Shown here piece after piece: positions 17,952-27,275 of a stretch of DNA of 64,000 nucleotides; positions within the stretch are counted from its first letter, which is position 1, and every line of letters begins with the position of its first letter. The DNA lies in the IMG/VR virus record IMGVR_UViG_3300044842_000203, positions 47,567-111,566 of that record. One strand, given 5' to 3'. A model generated the notes under the pieces. That model was given only the letters and a program-made list of their open reading frames with translations, was not told where the DNA came from and made no database searches. A program made the translations under genes and the position numbers. The DNA is from a virus (lineage: Duplodnaviria > Caudoviricetes).

Positions 17952-18030
17952 GCTGCTCCCTCTCGGTGTGCACTTCCCGACGCAGAGTCATCGGTACCCG
18001 CCGTTCTCTCGTTACCCACCATCCGCTAGG

Positions 18031-18185
18031 AAGACACATCACGAGCCCGACCGGTGGGGAAGATTGGCCGGGCTCGTGACTACACGGAAAGACGGGATAG
18101 TGCTCTCGATAGACCTCCTCTCTCGGCGCCCCCTGGCAGACGGGCGCCGCGTCGACTAGCCAGGCTTGAGGCCAAGGACCGGAAC
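18031..18185 (-). ncRNA. Putative ~150-nt small RNA or attenuator leader
   Basis: TAGGCT-N7-GTTCCGG promoter (18179-18198), no ORF with RBS, terminator 18039-18079. Confidence 0.45.
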
Positions 18186-18211
18186 GGGCCACAGCCTACC
18201 ATGTCATTCGG

Positions 18212-18829
18212 TTAAGCGGTCAACAGCTTCACGTTGCGTCGACCCAGCTCAATCGCCACCACCGTGAGCAAGATGCCGATCAGCACGCTGGCCACGCCAT
18301 CCCACACCGCTGAACCGGTGGCGATGCGCAGGCCGATACTGGCCAGCGCGAGCACACAACCGAGGATGTCCGCGCCGTCCTCCAGAACAACGGTGACCAG
18401 CGCAAGCTCATCGGTTTCACGCAGGTAGGCCAACCACGGGCGGCCATTGCGCTTGGCGGCCAGCTCACCCCGTGCACCGGCCAGGCTGTAGGACTCCATG
18501 GCGATGCACACGACGAGCACGCCGACGCTGACCCAGGTGAGGGTGTCGGTGACCTGGGCGCCGAGCAGGGCGTTGATGCCGTCGCGGATGGCGAACATGC
18601 CACCGGCAAAGAAGATGTTGACCGCGGCGAGCAGCGCCCAGGCGTACTGCGCTTTGCTCCACCGTTGGGCGTGCGCGTCGCCGGCCAGCAGGAGCACCTC
18701 GGACATCGTGTCGGCGAGGCTGTGGAAGCCTTCGGAGGTCATCGCGGCGGAGCCGGTGACGGTGCCGAGGGCGAGTTTGCCGGTGGCGATGCTGGCGTTG
18801 ACGGTGAAGGCGCGCCACAGGGCACTCAT
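18212..18829 (-). CDS. Cation diffusion facilitator, TM domain only
   Basis: GSAAMTSEGFHSLAD, EDGADILG, DGVASVLIG. Confidence 0.85.
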   Translation of the reverse strand: MSALWRAFTVNASIATGKLALGTVTGSAAMTSEGFHSLADTMSEVLLLAGDAHAQRWSKAQYAWALLAAVNIFFAGGMFAIRDGINALLGAQVTDTLTWVSVGVLVVCIAMESYSLAGARGELAAKRNGRPWLAYLRETDELALVTVVLEDGADILGCVLALASIGLRIATGSAVWDGVASVLIGILLTVVAIELGRRNVKLLTA

Positions 18830-18856
18830 CGTTGATCACTCCTGGTGCGGGTAGGG

Positions 18857-18918
18857 CCGGAACACCCTATGTATCGGCCGGAACAAGGCATGCGTTACTT
18901 TGCAGCTACACAACTAGT
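18857..18918 (-). promoter_or_regulatory. Tandem GTTCCGG sites plus operator-like element
   Basis: CCGGAAC at 18857 and 18878; 24-mer shared with 8056-8079. Confidence 0.7.
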
Positions 18919-19270
18919 TGCCGAAGACCACACCCTGCGTCTGCGTCGGCGGATCAAACCACTGATGCCCGCACTCCCAGCACTTCAGCTGCCAACGCCG
19001 GCCATCCCCACACAACTCGATCAACGGCGAGCCATACACCGCACACGACGGACACGTCTGAAACGGCTCAATCACCGGCGCATGCGGTGCGGCCTCCATC
19101 TCCCGCCGCACCCGCTCCCGCGCATCCAGCCGCGCCGCCCGCCACGCCCACCAACCCAGCACCGTCACCACAAACACAACCAGCGCCCCCAGAAACGGCC
19201 AGCCCGCATCCGCGGCAAAAATCGCCACAACACCCAGTGCAACCAGCACCACCCAGCGGGCAGCGTTCAT
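18914..19270 (-). CDS. Membrane protein with Zn ribbon
   Basis: 2 TM, CPSC...CWEC. Confidence 0.65.
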   Translation of the reverse strand: MNAARWVVLVALGVVAIFAADAGWPFLGALVVFVVTVLGWWAWRAARLDARERVRREMEAAPHAPVIEPFQTCPSCAVYGSPLIELCGDGRRWQLKCWECGHQWFDPPTQTQGVVFGN

Positions 19271-19292
19271 GCGCGGTGGTCGCACCAGCACC

Positions 19293-19661
19293 TCACTCAA
19301 CAACGTCGCCGAACATCTCAATGAAGACGAGATCCGAACCCGGCCGGTAAATACCGGGAGTCCCCAGCCAGTAGCGCATTTCAAACGGTGGGGCCAGCGC
19401 CAACGCCGCCTCCTCACCGAACGTCGCCGCGGTACGCAGCTGCAAAATCTGCCCGTACTGCGACTTTGTGAGCCCCTTGACGCGCTCCCGAATGTCGGAG
19501 GCCTGCATGCCCCGATCCAGCATCAACCAGACCGCGCACAGCTTCTCCGCATCCGACAAGGGCCGATCCGGTATCTGGAACTCGATGACGCGCAGCACCC
19601 GAGCCCAGTCCGGCTCAATGCACTCCTGCTCTGTTGCTTCTACCTCCATGGCGGCAGTCAT
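19293..19661 (-). CDS. Putative HTH DNA-binding protein
   Basis: LSDAEKLCAVWLMLDRGMQASDIRER; GTTCCGG at 19687-19693. Confidence 0.55.
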   Translation of the reverse strand: MTAAMEVEATEQECIEPDWARVLRVIEFQIPDRPLSDAEKLCAVWLMLDRGMQASDIRERVKGLTKSQYGQILQLRTAATFGEEAALALAPPFEMRYWLGTPGIYRPGSDLVFIEMFGDVVE

Positions 19662-19702
19662 TGCCGTCTCCTCTCTATCGGGTTGACCGGAACCAGGTCA
19701 TT

Positions 19703-19978
19703 TCAGTTGGGCAGTACGCCGGGCACACATACGGTGAATCGCCCGGCGGAGTTGATAGGTGGACCGACCACTGCAAGCGTGCGCGGATGCAGCCGCGGGC
19801 CAGTCACAAACGCCTGACGCTGCGCGGCGGAAGCGACCATTGCGTTGCGGTCGGTGCCGTGATCAACCAGCCACCACTGGCCTTGCCACCACGAGTAGAC
19901 GCGGTACTCCTTGAGCATCGCGGCCATGCTGCGGGCGTAATCCTTGACCATGCCCTTATTCGGCTGGGTGTCCCTCAT
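19703..19978 (-). CDS. Hypothetical protein
   Basis: ATGA-coupled to small Trp-rich ORFs 19975-20076 and 20073-20165. Confidence 0.55.
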   Translation of the reverse strand: MRDTQPNKGMVKDYARSMAAMLKEYRVYSWWQGQWWLVDHGTDRNAMVASAAQRQAFVTGPRLHPRTLAVVGPPINSAGRFTVCVPGVLPN

Positions 19979-20161
19979 AGCGGCCACCACGCCCAGCGGC
20001 ACCACGCCCGGAAACACAGCTCGTCGAGCACGGTCAAACCGAGCATGGTGATCGCCCACAGTTGCCAAAAGCTCATCGGTTCGACCTCCACCACAACCAG
20101 CAGTCATAGCCCCAATACAGGGCAGTGATGATTCCCAGAAACGCGAAAACCTGTTGATAGC

Positions 20162-20416
20162 TCATGGGTGAAACGCCTCCCCCCGCTGCCACTGCCGGTC
20201 GTACCAGCGGTAGTAAGCGATCTTCGGGCCGAGATCGGCCAGTAGCCACGTGGCCAACATCAGTGCCCAGTCCACCGCGGCGTCGAGATCGGTAGGCGCC
20301 GGGCCGAGGAGCCACGACCACAGGGCAATCGAGCCAACCAGTGTGGCCAGCGTCCACCAGCCACCCGCGCGGCGGGCGAACCTGCCGTGCGGAAACGGCG
20401 CGTACCGGGGGATCAC
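20162..20416 (-). CDS. Membrane protein
   Basis: GTGA-coupled, TM helices. Confidence 0.6.
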   Translation of the reverse strand: MIPRYAPFPHGRFARRAGGWWTLATLVGSIALWSWLLGPAPTDLDAAVDWALMLATWLLADLGPKIAYYRWYDRQWQRGEAFHP

Positions 20417-20895
20417 GCGCGCCTCAGCAGTTCGACCGCGTCGTTGATGGCCTTGCTGGATTCGCGCTGAGCCACCGCACGCACCACAAGCTGGTCATCC
20501 ACACTGACGTGGTAGATGTCGTCGTGTTGTGGGCGTGAGCATCGCCCGTACAGCCACCGACCGTTCTCCCACCAGGTCAGAGTCGCCGAACAGCGCGGTT
20601 CATCGTCTCCGAGAGGAAGCCGAATCCCACCGCAGTAGTCGCCGGGGGTGAGGTTGAAGTACAGCTCGCGCACATGCGCCTCGTGCACGGCCAGTGCCTC
20701 GTCGAGCCGGTCACGCAAATCGCGAATACGCTGCCGTCCACCCGGTGCGGAAGGGTCAAACATAAGGTAAGTCGCGGGGCCATCGACGAGCACCAGATTG
20801 GGCTCTTCCTCCGCCCATCGCTCAATATAGACGTGGTATTCCTGACCCTCGCCATCAATCAGGGGGACATTCCCCACCTGCGTTCTCGTCGCCAT
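20413..20895 (-). CDS. Hypothetical protein
   Basis: Downstream of motif promoter. Confidence 0.7.
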   Translation of the reverse strand: MATRTQVGNVPLIDGEGQEYHVYIERWAEEEPNLVLVDGPATYLMFDPSAPGGRQRIRDLRDRLDEALAVHEAHVRELYFNLTPGDYCGGIRLPLGDDEPRCSATLTWWENGRWLYGRCSRPQHDDIYHVSVDDQLVVRAVAQRESSKAINDAVELLRRA

Positions 20896-21232
20896 GTTGG
20901 GCTACCTTCACTCGAAAAGTCGGACCGGAACAGGGTGCCAGGGTACCATGGAACCAGCCGTTGCGGTCAACGCGTGCCACCCAGTCGGAAACACTGATCA
21001 CAGGCAGGTACGGGCGACCCCGCGAGTCCCGCGGCCAGCCACTGGGCAATAGGCCAAGCATGTCGAGTAGCGCCACCCGATCCGCTTCATCCGGGCAGGT
21101 GCGGATCACTCTGCGTGCCGCGATAGCCCGATGCCGGGCAAGCTCGGCCTCCGCCGCGGAAGTCCGTCGAGGAGACCCATCTTCCGGAAGTGCGCCCCGC
21201 AAAGGTGGTGTGCCCATCCGCCCCCCCGGCAT
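20855..21232 (-). CDS. Hypothetical protein
   Basis: Follows dnaE; ARRVI...LLDMLGL. Confidence 0.5.
   Translation of the reverse strand: MPGGRMGTPPLRGALPEDGSPRRTSAAEAELARHRAIAARRVIRTCPDEADRVALLDMLGLLPSGWPRDSRGRPYLPVISVSDWVARVDRNGWFHGTLAPCSGPTFRVKVAQHGDENAGGECPPD
20925..20945 (-). promoter_or_regulatory. Motif promoter TACCCT-N8-GTTCCGG
   Basis: Upstream of ATG 20895. Confidence 0.7.
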
Positions 21233-21240
21233 GTTGCCCC

Positions 21241-24200
21241 CTATGTCGCTGCCGTCTCCAAAGCAGGCGCACCATCGGCGATGAACTGCACCCGGCCATC
21301 GCGGTGGTTGATCCGGCCGCGCAACACGATGATCGCGTCCTCGGCCAGGTCCGCACCGAACTTGGTGTAAGTGCGGGCGAACACGGTCACCTCGATGCTG
21401 GCAGCCAAATCCTCCAGGGTGAGTGTCACCCAGGGTTGACCGTTGCTGTTGTAACGACGCGACAGATTGGCAACCGTTCCACCCACGATCACTTCCTGCC
21501 CGTCAGGCAACTCCAGGGCGGTGGCGATGTCGGTGCAGTCGGCAAGAATCTCCTCCCTGCCCTGCAACGGGTGCCCCGACACGTACAAGCCCAGCATCTC
21601 CCGCTCATGAGCCAACCGCTCCATGGAGCCCCACTCCGTGTCGGGGATGCGCAACTCCAGACTGCCGTCGACCAGGCCGCCGAACAGGTCCAGCTGCCCG
21701 AACTGGGTGCGCTTGCCGCGCTCGCGGGCGCCGCGCAGTGACGGGCCGCAGATCTCGGCCAGGCCGGCGCGCGGATGCCCCAGGCCGTCGAACGCGCCGG
21801 CTTTGATCAGGGACTCGACGGTGCGCGTGTTGGCCGCGCCCTTGCCGGCGGAGCGGCAAAAATCATGGAAGTCGGCGTAGGGGCGTCCAGCGATGATGTC
21901 AGCCACGGCGGCGGCGCCCACGTTCGCGACACTGGCCAAGCCGGTGCGGATGGCAATGCCCTCAACGGTGAACTCGGCGCGGGAGTGGTTCACATCCGGG
22001 GGCAGCACGGTGATACCGAGCCGGCGGGCCTCGGCCAGGTAGATGCGCGCCCGGTCGTGGTTGTCGGCGGTGGTGGTGAGCAGCGCGGCGAGGTATTCGC
22101 ACGGGTGGTGGCACTTGAGGTAGGCCGTCCAGTAGGCGATCAGTCCGTAGGCTGCGGAGTGCGCCCGGTTGAAGGCGTAGCTCGCGAAGGGGATCAGGAT
22201 CTCCCACAGGGTGGTGATCGCCTCGTCGCTGAAACCGTTGGCGCGCATCCCCTCGGTGAACTTGCCGCGTTCTTTGTCGAGCACGGCGAGGATCTTTTTG
22301 CCCATGGCTTTGCGCAGCAGGTCAGCGCCGCCCATGGTGTAGCCGGCCAGCTGGCGGGCGATCTCGATGACCTGCTCCTGGTACACGATCAGGCCGTAGG
22401 TTTCGCCCAGGATTGGTTCGAGGGCGGTGGCGAGTTCTTTGTGCAGGGGTCGCACGGGTTCGCGCCCGTTTTTGCGGTCGGCGTAGAGCACGTGCGCCTT
22501 CTGCCCCATCGGGCCGGGCCGGTACAGGGCCAAGGCGGCGGAGATGTCTTCAAAGTGGGTGGGGCCCATGCGGCGCAGGAGTTCGCGCATGCCCACCGAG
22601 TCGAGTTGGAACACTCCGAGGGTGTCCCCGCGGGCGATCATCCGATAGGTGGCGGGGTCGGTGAGAGGAATACGGTCCAGGTCCAGGCTGGTGCCGGTAC
22701 TGGCCTCGATGTTGGCCAGTGCGTGGCGCAGGATGGTGAGGTTGCGCAAGCCGAGGAAGTCCATCTTCAGGAGACCGAGGGATTCGCACACCACCATGTC
22801 GAACTGGGTGACGATGGCCCCGTCGGAGGGTCGCTTGAGCAGGGGGATGACGTCGATGAGGGGCCGGGAGGCGACGATGACCCCGGCGGCGTGCACCCCC
22901 CACTGGCGGTGCATGCCCTCCAGTTGTTTGGCGAGGTCGATGATTTCGGCGACCTGCCGGTCGGTTTCGTACAGGGTGCGGACCTGCGCCGCTTCGGCGT
23001 AGCGGGGGTGCTCGGGGTTGAAGATGCCGGCTAGGGGGATGTCCTTGCCCATGATCGGCTCGGGCATGGTTTTGGTGATGCGGTCGGCCAGGGCGTAGCC
23101 GGGCTGGCCGTGGATGACTTTGGCGGCGTCTTTGACGGCGGCGCGGGATTTGATGGTGGAGTAGGTGACGATCTGCGCCACATGATCCACCCCGTACTTG
23201 GTGGCCACGTAGGCGAGCATGTCGTCGCGGCGCTCATCTTCGAAGTCGAGGTCGACGTCGGGCATGCTGGGGCGCTCGGGATTCAGGAACCGTTCGAACA
23301 CCAGCTTGTGAGCGAGCGGATCCAGGCCGGTGATCCCCAGCGCCCAGGCCACTAGGCTTCCGGCGACGGACCCCCGGCCGGGCCCTACCTGGATGCCTAC
23401 CTCGTGCGCGTGGCGCACTAAGTCTGCCACCATGAGGAAGTAGCCCGCGTACCCCATTTTGTTGATCAAATTGAGTTCGTAGTCGAGCTGATCCCAATAC
23501 TGGGCGTGCGCACCGGGGGTGAGCCGGTCTTTGAGCCCTTGCCGGGCGCACATCTCCAGGTAGGTGGCCTCGGTGTATTGCTGCGGCACCTCAAACCGGG
23601 GCATCAGCGTGCGATCCTCGGTGAAGCTCACCGGCTCGCAACGCTCGGCGATGAGCAGGGTGTTGTCGCAGGCGCCGGGCAGCTGGTCATCCCACAGGGC
23701 GCGCATCTCGGCGGGGGACTTGAGGTAGTAGCCGTCGCCTTCGAACCGGAACCGGTCGGGTTTGCCCAGCTGCGCCCCGGTTTGGACGCACAACAGGGCG
23801 TCGTGGCCTTTCGCGTCGTCGGGCCCCACGTAGTGCAGGTCGTTGGTGGCTACCGCAGGAAGTGCAAGGCGGTGCATCAAACGCTGTAGATCAGATGCGG
23901 TACGGCGCTCAATGTCGGTGCCGTGGTCCATCCATTCGACGTAGAAGTTGCCATCGCCGAAGATGTCGCGGTAGTCGGAGGCTGCCTGGCAGGCGGCGTC
24001 GAATTTGCCGGCCTGCAACAGGCGCGCCACTTCACCGGAGGGGCAGCCGGTGGTGGCGATCAGCCCGTCGGCGCACTCGGCGAGCAGTTCCCGATCGGCG
24101 CGGGGCTTGTAGTAGAAGCCTTCCATGAACGAGCGGGAGGACAGGCGGAACAGGTTGCGCACGCCGGCTTGTGTGGCGGCGAGCAGGGTCATATGGGTGT

Positions 24201-24492
24201 AGGCCTCACCGGGGTTGGTTTCGTCCAGCGGTGAGCCGTCCAGGGTGGTTTTCGACCGGTCGTGGCGTGAACCGGGCGCGAGGTAGCCCTCCATGCCGAT
24301 GATGGCTTTGATGCCGTGTTTGGCGGCGGTGCGGGCGAACTCGACGGCGCCGAACACGTTGCCGTGGTCGGTCATCGCCAGCGCGTCCATCCCCAGCTGT
24401 TGACAACGTGTGAACAGGGGGCCGAGGCGGGCGGCGCCGTCGAGCATCGAAAAAGTCGAGTGGACATGTAGGTGGGTGTAGCCGCGGGTCAT
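21241..24492 (-). CDS. dnaE: DNA polymerase III alpha subunit
   Basis: PHP HLHVHS/TDHGN/TNDLHY, PDVDLDF, KMDFLGL, FNRAHS, clamp motif QLDLF, OB fold. Confidence 0.97.
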   Translation of the reverse strand: MTRGYTHLHVHSTFSMLDGAARLGPLFTRCQQLGMDALAMTDHGNVFGAVEFARTAAKHGIKAIIGMEGYLAPGSRHDRSKTTLDGSPLDETNPGEAYTHMTLLAATQAGVRNLFRLSSRSFMEGFYYKPRADRELLAECADGLIATTGCPSGEVARLLQAGKFDAACQAASDYRDIFGDGNFYVEWMDHGTDIERRTASDLQRLMHRLALPAVATNDLHYVGPDDAKGHDALLCVQTGAQLGKPDRFRFEGDGYYLKSPAEMRALWDDQLPGACDNTLLIAERCEPVSFTEDRTLMPRFEVPQQYTEATYLEMCARQGLKDRLTPGAHAQYWDQLDYELNLINKMGYAGYFLMVADLVRHAHEVGIQVGPGRGSVAGSLVAWALGITGLDPLAHKLVFERFLNPERPSMPDVDLDFEDERRDDMLAYVATKYGVDHVAQIVTYSTIKSRAAVKDAAKVIHGQPGYALADRITKTMPEPIMGKDIPLAGIFNPEHPRYAEAAQVRTLYETDRQVAEIIDLAKQLEGMHRQWGVHAAGVIVASRPLIDVIPLLKRPSDGAIVTQFDMVVCESLGLLKMDFLGLRNLTILRHALANIEASTGTSLDLDRIPLTDPATYRMIARGDTLGVFQLDSVGMRELLRRMGPTHFEDISAALALYRPGPMGQKAHVLYADRKNGREPVRPLHKELATALEPILGETYGLIVYQEQVIEIARQLAGYTMGGADLLRKAMGKKILAVLDKERGKFTEGMRANGFSDEAITTLWEILIPFASYAFNRAHSAAYGLIAYWTAYLKCHHPCEYLAALLTTTADNHDRARIYLAEARRLGITVLPPDVNHSRAEFTVEGIAIRTGLASVANVGAAAVADIIAGRPYADFHDFCRSAGKGAANTRTVESLIKAGAFDGLGHPRAGLAEICGPSLRGARERGKRTQFGQLDLFGGLVDGSLELRIPDTEWGSMERLAHEREMLGLYVSGHPLQGREEILADCTDIATALELPDGQEVIVGGTVANLSRRYNSNGQPWVTLTLEDLAASIEVTVFARTYTKFGADLAEDAIIVLRGRINHRDGRVQFIADGAPALETAAT

Positions 24493-24722
24493 CAGTCATC
24501 CCCCGTGTAGAAATTGCTTTGACCACGTGGACAACCTTCCCGCAGGGTTGCAAATCCACGCCGCACGCTGGCCTCGGTATCGCCGTAAATCTCTGCTCTG
24601 TTACCGCAGCGCCCGCATTCGACTCGGACGCTCTCTATTTCAGTAGTCACTTCCTCGCCATCATCGTTTGTATAACTGCTCTCTAACGTTATGGGCGTCA
24701 CTTCACAGTAGATCCGAGCCAT
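24492..24722 (-). CDS. Small Zn-ribbon protein
   Basis: CGRC...C; GAGGAG RBS; coupled to dnaE. Confidence 0.65.
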   Translation of the reverse strand: MARIYCEVTPITLESSYTNDDGEEVTTEIESVRVECGRCGNRAEIYGDTEASVRRGFATLREGCPRGQSNFYTGDD

Positions 24723-24948
24723 TAGTCTCCTCCTCGCCGGGTTGGGTCCACAGTCCGAACGGAGTTTGCGCCGCGATCTCGCACGCCTCCGTCAAGCACC
24801 AGGCGCGCACAGTGAGCCGATACGGCTGCGCCTCGGGGTCGGGCTCGCAGTCGTAGTAATTCGGGTCGCCCTCAATCTGGTAGGCGCCCTGGACAGTCAC
24901 GGCGAAGTGGAATTGGTGACCGGCGGCGGATCCGAGATCAGCGGCCAT
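24703..24948 (-). CDS. Hypothetical protein
   Basis: TAATG-coupled. Confidence 0.6.
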   Translation of the reverse strand: MAADLGSAAGHQFHFAVTVQGAYQIEGDPNYYDCEPDPEAQPYRLTVRAWCLTEACEIAAQTPFGLWTQPGEEETNGSDLL

Positions 24949-25112
24949 TACACGTGGTCCCGGTCGTATTCGGCGATGTGTTCCGCGCACAGGTCAACGA
25001 AATACTCCATGTCGGCGGGCGCAGAAGCGGCGGTCATGACAGCCACAGTGCGGTGGCCGGCGTAGTCCCGGCCGCACACCACGCCCTCAACGACGCGCAG
25101 GCAAATTCTCAT
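24948..25112 (-). CDS. Small hypothetical protein
   Basis: ATGA-coupled 54-aa ORF. Confidence 0.5.
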   Translation of the reverse strand: MRICLRVVEGVVCGRDYAGHRTVAVMTAASAPADMEYFVDLCAEHIAEYDRDHV

Positions 25113-25267
25113 GAGTGGTGTTTCACTCCCCAGTGGTAGATGCCGGCGATGAGTAGACCGCTGGCGAGCACGCTGACCGGGTCGACGCCGTAAATGCCGA
25201 ACTGTTGGCCGATCCAGTCGAGTATCTGGCCGGCGATGTTGGCGAGCTGGATGGGCACCTGCTCCAT
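25109..25267 (-). CDS. Small membrane protein
   Basis: MEQVPIQLANIAGQILDWIG... Confidence 0.55.
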   Translation of the reverse strand: MEQVPIQLANIAGQILDWIGQQFGIYGVDPVSVLASGLLIAGIYHWGVKHHS

Positions 25268-25271
25268 CGGT

Positions 25272-25862
25272 TCACCCCCACTCGGGGCCGTTAGCCAGGG
25301 CGTCGGCCACAGTGAAACGGTTGACCGTCACGCGGGGAGCTTCGCGGCGGGCGATGGCGAGCGCGTCGTCGAGGGTGTGGCGGTAGCGTTCCAGGAACTC
25401 GTCGGTGCGGTTGCTTGAGCTAGGTTCAAACTGCCGGTGCCCGTTTTTGTCGAGGCACATGCCGTTGCGGATGACAGCCCACATGCCCTCACCGCGGTAT
25501 TCAACGTCGACCACGAAGTGTCGCCACGCCTTGAAGTGGGGCGGGAGGGCGCACACCTCGTAGCGGGTGGGCTGGACGTAGGTGCCGCCGTTGCGCAGCT
25601 GCGCGCAGATGTCATCGGCGGTTTCGTCGTTACGGGCGCCGATATGCCAGCTGACGTTGGATTCGATGGGGCCGGCGTTGGGCTCCTCACCAGTCATGTC
25701 GTAGACGGTGCCCCAACCGTAGGGGGTGGACACGATCCAGCGGGCGCGGCATTTACCGTCTGGGCTGGGCTCGGGCTGACCGAAGCAGGCCACGAGGTCG
25801 TCGTAGCTGGCGTGCACGAAGCCGCGCAGGCTGGTGCCGATGATGCGGGGATCGGCTGGCAT
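25272..25862 (-). CDS. Hypothetical phage protein
   Basis: GAGGAG RBS. Confidence 0.75.
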   Translation of the reverse strand: MPADPRIIGTSLRGFVHASYDDLVACFGQPEPSPDGKCRARWIVSTPYGWGTVYDMTGEEPNAGPIESNVSWHIGARNDETADDICAQLRNGGTYVQPTRYEVCALPPHFKAWRHFVVDVEYRGEGMWAVIRNGMCLDKNGHRQFEPSSSNRTDEFLERYRHTLDDALAIARREAPRVTVNRFTVADALANGPEWG

Positions 25863-25880
25863 GGTGTCTCCTCACGTGAG

Positions 25881-25900
25881 CCGGAACACCACGCAGCATA
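25881..25900 (-). promoter_or_regulatory. Motif promoter TATGCT-N7-GTTCCGG
   Basis: Intergenic, heads the dnaE-containing run. Confidence 0.8.
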
Positions 25901-25905
25901 CCACG

Positions 25906-26187
25906 CTACATGTGGAGCATGGCCGCCATCCGCTCGATGAATCCGCGGGACTCCTCAAGCATGTCCAGTGCCTCAGCCAGTCGGCACGCGGGGCAGGACT
26001 TCACCACCGACGACAGTGACGACGGGCCCACCGCAGCCACCCACACGCCCTCGCCGAACTGCGCGGTTGCTGTCGTGTGGATAGTGATGCCGCCCTTGCC
26101 GCTGCATAGCCAGCACGGGGGCGACGGCTTGCGCCTCTCGGCCGGGCCGGCAAGTTGCTCCGTGTCCTCACGTAGGCGTCGTTTCAC
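25906..26187 (-). CDS. Zn-finger hypothetical protein
   Basis: CWLC...CPAC. Confidence 0.55.
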   Translation of the reverse strand: MKRRLREDTEQLAGPAERRKPSPPCWLCSGKGGITIHTTATAQFGEGVWVAAVGPSSLSSVVKSCPACRLAEALDMLEESRGFIERMAAMLHM

Positions 26188-26759
26188 GCGTGTTCCCCCA
26201 CGAGTTGGCCAGCGGCGGCGCGGATCATCGCAACACACGGGTGCTCGGGTGCTTCGACGTAGGGGGCGATGAATCGCTCGTGCATCTTCCGGATCACGGT
26301 CTCGCCCACATAGCTGCCGCCAGTGTCGCGCCAGTAGTCCCGCTGGATGCAGATCTCCAGGGGCACGCGGGTGAAATCTTGTGCCAAGGGGATGGCGCCC
26401 GCGTTGGTGGCGACCTTGAGTAGGCGTTCCAGGTAGATCGGGTTGAGGTTGGTGTCGTCGCAGATGACGTGCACGCCACCGGATAGGAGCATATGCATCT
26501 GCTGGTATTGCAGGGTCGTGATGACGTCCTCGATCTCGGGGATCGGGGGTCGACCGTAGATGGCATCAAGCATCATGCGCCGGTAGTCATCACGGTTGGT
26601 GCGCCACAGTTTCCCGCGATGACCTTGGGCGAACGCCTGGTAGAGCTGTTGGGTGGCCCAGTAGGTTTTGCCCGACGCCGGCAGCCCGACGCAGATCACC
26701 AACTGCGGTCGCGGTTGATCATGCACGATTGTGGGGATGTCGACGGGGGTTGCGGCCAT
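26184..26759 (-). CDS. P-loop kinase, T4 Pnk kinase-domain-like
   Basis: GLPASGKT, NRDDYR, DDTN. Confidence 0.8.
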   Translation of the reverse strand: MAATPVDIPTIVHDQPRPQLVICVGLPASGKTYWATQQLYQAFAQGHRGKLWRTNRDDYRRMMLDAIYGRPPIPEIEDVITTLQYQQMHMLLSGGVHVICDDTNLNPIYLERLLKVATNAGAIPLAQDFTRVPLEICIQRDYWRDTGGSYVGETVIRKMHERFIAPYVEAPEHPCVAMIRAAAGQLVGEHA

Positions 26760-26893
26760 GCAGGATTGTCCTTCGGATCGGGCAACGGGGCGCCGTCGCA
26801 GCACGGTGTGTGAAACATGCACTGCGGGCACTGCCAGCGACACGCAATGGGGTCGAAGCGGTACCCGCAGCCTTCACGCGGACAAGTGATCAC
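26696..26893 (-). CDS. Small Zn-ribbon protein
   Basis: CPREGC...CPQC...CCDG. Confidence 0.55.
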   Translation of the reverse strand: MITCPREGCGYRFDPIACRWQCPQCMFHTPCCDGAPLPDPKDNPAWPQPPSTSPQSCMINRDRSW

Positions 26894-27042
26894 TTCTCCG
26901 CTTTCGTGGCAGAGTAGCCAGTAATCATATTGCCGGTCACGACAACCTGATCACCCGGCTTGCCACCATTAGCGATGTATTCCCTAATAGCCGGATCATG
27001 GGGACTGGGCTGCTTCGGATCAGCCGTGGTCACCGTTGCCAT
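26890..27042 (-). CDS. 50-aa hypothetical protein
   Basis: GGAGGT RBS. Confidence 0.5.
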   Translation of the reverse strand: MATVTTADPKQPSPHDPAIREYIANGGKPGDQVVVTGNMITGYSATKAEK

Positions 27043-27044
27043 CT

Positions 27045-27269
27045 TCACACCTCCCTCCCATTAGCCACCCACACATCAACCTCTTGTTTCGTGGGCCAGT
27101 GAGTGAACTGCCCGTTCCGATACAGATATATCACGTACTCTTGCCGGTCCTCCAGGAAACGCACCCGGTTATTCAGAAGACGCCCCCATAAGATCAACAT
27201 AAGAATGGCGCCAACCTCAACCAATTCAAGTATTGCATTACCAAAGTCGATAGTGTGCGTGAAACCCAC
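27045..27269 (-). CDS. Membrane protein
   Basis: One TM. Confidence 0.55.
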   Translation of the reverse strand: MGFTHTIDFGNAILELVEVGAILMLILWGRLLNNRVRFLEDRQEYVIYLYRNGQFTHWPTKQEVDVWVANGREV

Positions 27270-27275
27270 AACGCC

